A stretch of 64,000 nt of DNA from an uncultured Chroococcidiopsis sp. GTDB taxonomy: Bacteria; Cyanobacteriota; Cyanobacteriia; Cyanobacteriales; Chroococcidiopsidaceae. Location of the stretch: NCBI GenBank assembly GCA_964248365.1, contig CAXTYC010000001.1, positions 192,001 through 256,000 of the forward strand, read 5' to 3'. Both the position numbers and the translations under genes were made by a program. Positions 61,256 to 64,000 of the stretch are shown here, one piece after another. Position 1 is the stretch's first letter, and each line of letters begins with the position of its first letter. Below the pieces are notes generated by a model. The model was given only the letters and a program-made list of their open reading frames with translations, searched no databases and had not been told where the DNA came from.

Positions 61256-63280
61256 ATGAGAAAAAAATTGACTAAAAAAATTAGATACACTGCTTGCATT
61301 ATTTTAATCTGTGCGATCGCTCCCCTTGTCAACTTAGGCATTAGCGAGGCTGCCCCTGCCCCTGCACCTGAAGTAATTTCGCTGAGAACTTTAGGTTATA
61401 ACCGTTCAATCGTCATGTCGGGAGTCAACCCAGAATTTGAAATTAGCGTACCAGCCCCCAAAGGCGGTCTAGATCCTGCCGCTAGTTTTGCCCGCCTGAT
61501 TATAGAACCCTCATCAGTAATGAATGAAAACGCTACAGTCCGATTATTGGTCTATGGCGAACCAATGAAAGTAGTTTCAGTCAAGCAACTGCTAGCTAAT
61601 CCTGTTGTCACTCTACCACTGCCGCCCCTGCCCCAGGGAGAATCATACATTAATATTGCTATACAACCACATTTATTCATTAGTAATAATATTCGTCAGG
61701 ATTTACCCACTGGCAACTTGTATCTAAAGATAAACAAAGATAGTTTCTTTCAACTTACTCCCCAACTTAGTGACAACAGTATTGATGGCTTCTTCAAATC
61801 TTTCTATAAACAAGTTGATTTAGTAGTGCCAGCCAACCTCAACAGAGATCAGGCACAAGTGGCTTTATGGATGTATAGCGTCTTAGCTTATCAATTTCGT
61901 GAGTATCAAATTCCGATTTTTTGGCGCTGGGGTACAGCGCCAAAAATTGACAATGCAGCCCAAGTGATCTTACACACAGATACAACTGGTCCCGACGTGG
62001 AGAGGCGTGGCTCTATTTTGCGGGTGCGGGCAAATGCTAGAGCAGTTCAATCCTTGGCGCTAGATTTTTATCAGCCTGCATTAGTGGGTGGAGGCGTAAC
62101 AGTTGAGGATGTAGATTCCTTTAATGCAAAACCGAGCGTCCAAAGCCGTTCTTTTCGAGAATTAGGATTCAGAGATAGCGCCACGCGGATATCTGCTGGT
62201 ACACAGTCTTTCCCGCTAAAATTTGATTTATCTCAACTGGGGGGGCGACCGCAAAATTTAGACTTGGCATTAAATGCAACCTTTACCCCTGTCTATGGTC
62301 AGCAGGGTGAGCGCCTCACTGCCCAAGTATACTTAAATCACACCCTAGTTCAGTCTTTTAACCTTCAGGATAAGACAGTTCTGAAAACTAACTTAGCATT
62401 GCCAACCAATCAACTTCAGCGCACCAATACCCTAGAGGTGGTATTTGCCTATGCTCCCAGTGAAAGCAATGGCGATAACAAATCAACTGGAGAAGTAATT
62501 GTACAGATTGATGGAGATTCATTTCTGAGTTGGAATGGTTATCAAGGACCTACCGGAGCGTTGGGTGATTTACCCCATGTATTTCTTCAGCCTGGACAGC
62601 TAATTATAGATACCAAAAAACCAGCTTTGTTAGCAGGTTCAGCTTATCTATTAGGAGCGATTAGCCGTCTTGGTCAGGAACCAATTTTTCCGCAATTAAT
62701 AGACGCTGCATCGATTCAAGATTGGTCGAATTTACCCAAAGACCAAATGAATAGATCTCCCAGTTGGCGGTTACTGGCTGTTTCTCCTCAAGCAGCTGCC
62801 TTACCGTCTCCTGTACGTTTGAATAAAGGTTTGTTTGAAATTTACAATCCCGTTAATCAAAAGCGCTTGCTTCAGGCGCAACCTACCGATCCGTTTGGAA
62901 TACTGCAATATTTTTCTTATCAAAATACTCCTACACTGTGGCTGACTTGGTGGGGTTTAGAACCAGCAATGGCGGAACAGCTTGGGATGGCTTTGGGAGA
63001 TCCTCGCACTTTGTTAGCAAGTCAGCTCGATGGGAATGTGGTGACAGCAACTGATGGGCGACGAGTGCAAATTTGGGACTTAGGCGATCGCACACTCCAA
63101 GTTAATTATCCCGCCGCCCGAAACTGGCAAATATTTTGGCAACGCTACATCAACCCCTTGATTCTTTTGGGACTGCTGTTAGGGGGATTTGTTGCATGGC
63201 GCGTTTATCGGCGAGTTGGGCGATCGCCATTAGCTCCTGCTTCCGCCTCTAAACCTATAGAAAAAATTAAAAAACCATGA
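61256..63280 (+). CDS. BcsB-like polysaccharide synthase periplasmic subunit
   Basis: Signal peptide, two repeats each starting with SLRTLG/SFRELG beta-sandwich (VYLNHTLV, NTLEV) plus an alpha/beta segment, LPH.F, C-terminal TM anchor followed by basic residues. Confidence 0.72.
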   Translation: MRKKLTKKIRYTACIILICAIAPLVNLGISEAAPAPAPEVISLRTLGYNRSIVMSGVNPEFEISVPAPKGGLDPAASFARLIIEPSSVMNENATVRLLVYGEPMKVVSVKQLLANPVVTLPLPPLPQGESYINIAIQPHLFISNNIRQDLPTGNLYLKINKDSFFQLTPQLSDNSIDGFFKSFYKQVDLVVPANLNRDQAQVALWMYSVLAYQFREYQIPIFWRWGTAPKIDNAAQVILHTDTTGPDVERRGSILRVRANARAVQSLALDFYQPALVGGGVTVEDVDSFNAKPSVQSRSFRELGFRDSATRISAGTQSFPLKFDLSQLGGRPQNLDLALNATFTPVYGQQGERLTAQVYLNHTLVQSFNLQDKTVLKTNLALPTNQLQRTNTLEVVFAYAPSESNGDNKSTGEVIVQIDGDSFLSWNGYQGPTGALGDLPHVFLQPGQLIIDTKKPALLAGSAYLLGAISRLGQEPIFPQLIDAASIQDWSNLPKDQMNRSPSWRLLAVSPQAAALPSPVRLNKGLFEIYNPVNQKRLLQAQPTDPFGILQYFSYQNTPTLWLTWWGLEPAMAEQLGMALGDPRTLLASQLDGNVVTATDGRRVQIWDLGDRTLQVNYPAARNWQIFWQRYINPLILLGLLLGGFVAWRVYRRVGRSPLAPASASKPIEKIKKP

Positions 63281-64000
63281 GGGAATTCCACCCCCAGATA
63301 GAGGCACAACTTTTAGCAAAGGGCTATCTCAATTCCGAACAACTTGAGCAAGCTCTAGAGCTACAAGTAAAAACTTCCTGTTCTTTGGCAAAAGCTCTAT
63401 GGAGTTTGAATTTATTAACTCAGCCAGAGTTTTTGCAAGTAATTGGGACTGTAACTGGTCACATCTTATTAACTGATTGGTTGCTAGTTTCAGGCAGCAC
63501 CCTCGACTTTAGCATTGCCAAAGCCTTTGAACCTGCCTATATGAGAGAATTAGGTTTCTTTCCCTGCGCTTGGCAAGATAGCTCGACTTTAGTTGTAGCC
63601 GTAGAAGAACCAACCAACCCAGCCATTACTCAAGCCATCCGCAGCATTTGGCAGCAAATCAAGATTTATGAAGTTCTAGCTACCGACAACCAAATTCTTA
63701 GCCTGGTGTTTGAGGAAAATCTAGCAACTCAACTGCTAGACACAGGTAAACTCTCCATCGCTCAATGGCAAGAAGCTCAAACTATTCAACAACGTACAGG
63801 TTCACCTCTTGGAGAAATTCTGCCCCGTTTGGGCTATCTCAGACCGATTGATTACCTAGAAATTCTCTCTGGAATCACAGGCTTAAGCATATTTTCTCGC
63901 CTCAAAGGGACGGGAATTAGGCAAATAGACCCAAAACTGATGCAGCGGTTTGACACCCACATCATGATGAAACACCGCTTTCTACCTTTAACTTGGGTGA
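63277..64000 (+). CDS. Tandem MshEN/GspE-N-like domain protein, truncated by the window end (probably the N-terminus of a glycosyltransferase)
   Basis: ATG overlaps the bcsB-like stop (ATGA); open for 241 codons: LLAKGYLNSEQLEQALELQ, LVVAVEEP, QQRTGSPLGEILPRLGYL, RFLP. Confidence 0.78.
   Translation, partial: MREFHPQIEAQLLAKGYLNSEQLEQALELQVKTSCSLAKALWSLNLLTQPEFLQVIGTVTGHILLTDWLLVSGSTLDFSIAKAFEPAYMRELGFFPCAWQDSSTLVVAVEEPTNPAITQAIRSIWQQIKIYEVLATDNQILSLVFEENLATQLLDTGKLSIAQWQEAQTIQQRTGSPLGEILPRLGYLRPIDYLEILSGITGLSIFSRLKGTGIRQIDPKLMQRFDTHIMMKHRFLPLTWV

Noticed and set aside
61256..64000. Calling the locus a canonical cellulose synthase (bcs) operon
   Set aside because: No BcsA GT2/PilZ, GH8 or TPR-BcsC is visible; polymer identity cannot be determined from this window

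Overview
Cyanobacterial chromosomal DNA, judged from dense HIP1 GCGATCGC octamers, heptamer STRR tracts, rpaB, plmA, sqdB/sqdX and ycf46; the repeat style resembles Nostocales or Chroococcidiopsidales. About 50 kb is core genes: rnj-dapA-asd, tig-clpP-clpX, plmA, an S1 protein, an M16 peptidase, a Na+/H+ antiporter, cobI, rfaE-rfbB, rpaB/radA, sqdB/sqdX, ycf46-ycf35, gdhA, metG-NYN-lptC and comB. Small accessory patches lie between them. At 13.0-15.7 kb there is a HIP1-bounded tandem pair of XRE regulators, each with its own palindromic operator, plus toxin-antitoxin debris. An orphan MazE sits at 27.7 kb. At 38.5-40.3 kb there is a decayed array with attC-like ends (BrnT/BrnA, Uma2). At 51-54.2 kb there is a putative DUF5678/aspartyl protease pair and a dead C5-methyltransferase/endonuclease system. 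The last ~10 kb (54.3-64 kb, cut by the window edge) is the best candidate for an uncharacterised system: a divergent exopolysaccharide locus with a BcsB-like subunit, a tandem MshEN-like protein (missing from the ORF track), a GT-C-like membrane protein, an outer-membrane barrel and two Tat-exported glycoside hydrolase-like proteins. I found no rRNA, tRNA, CRISPR array or intact transposase/integrase. All family assignments come from motif recognition by eye, not from database searches.
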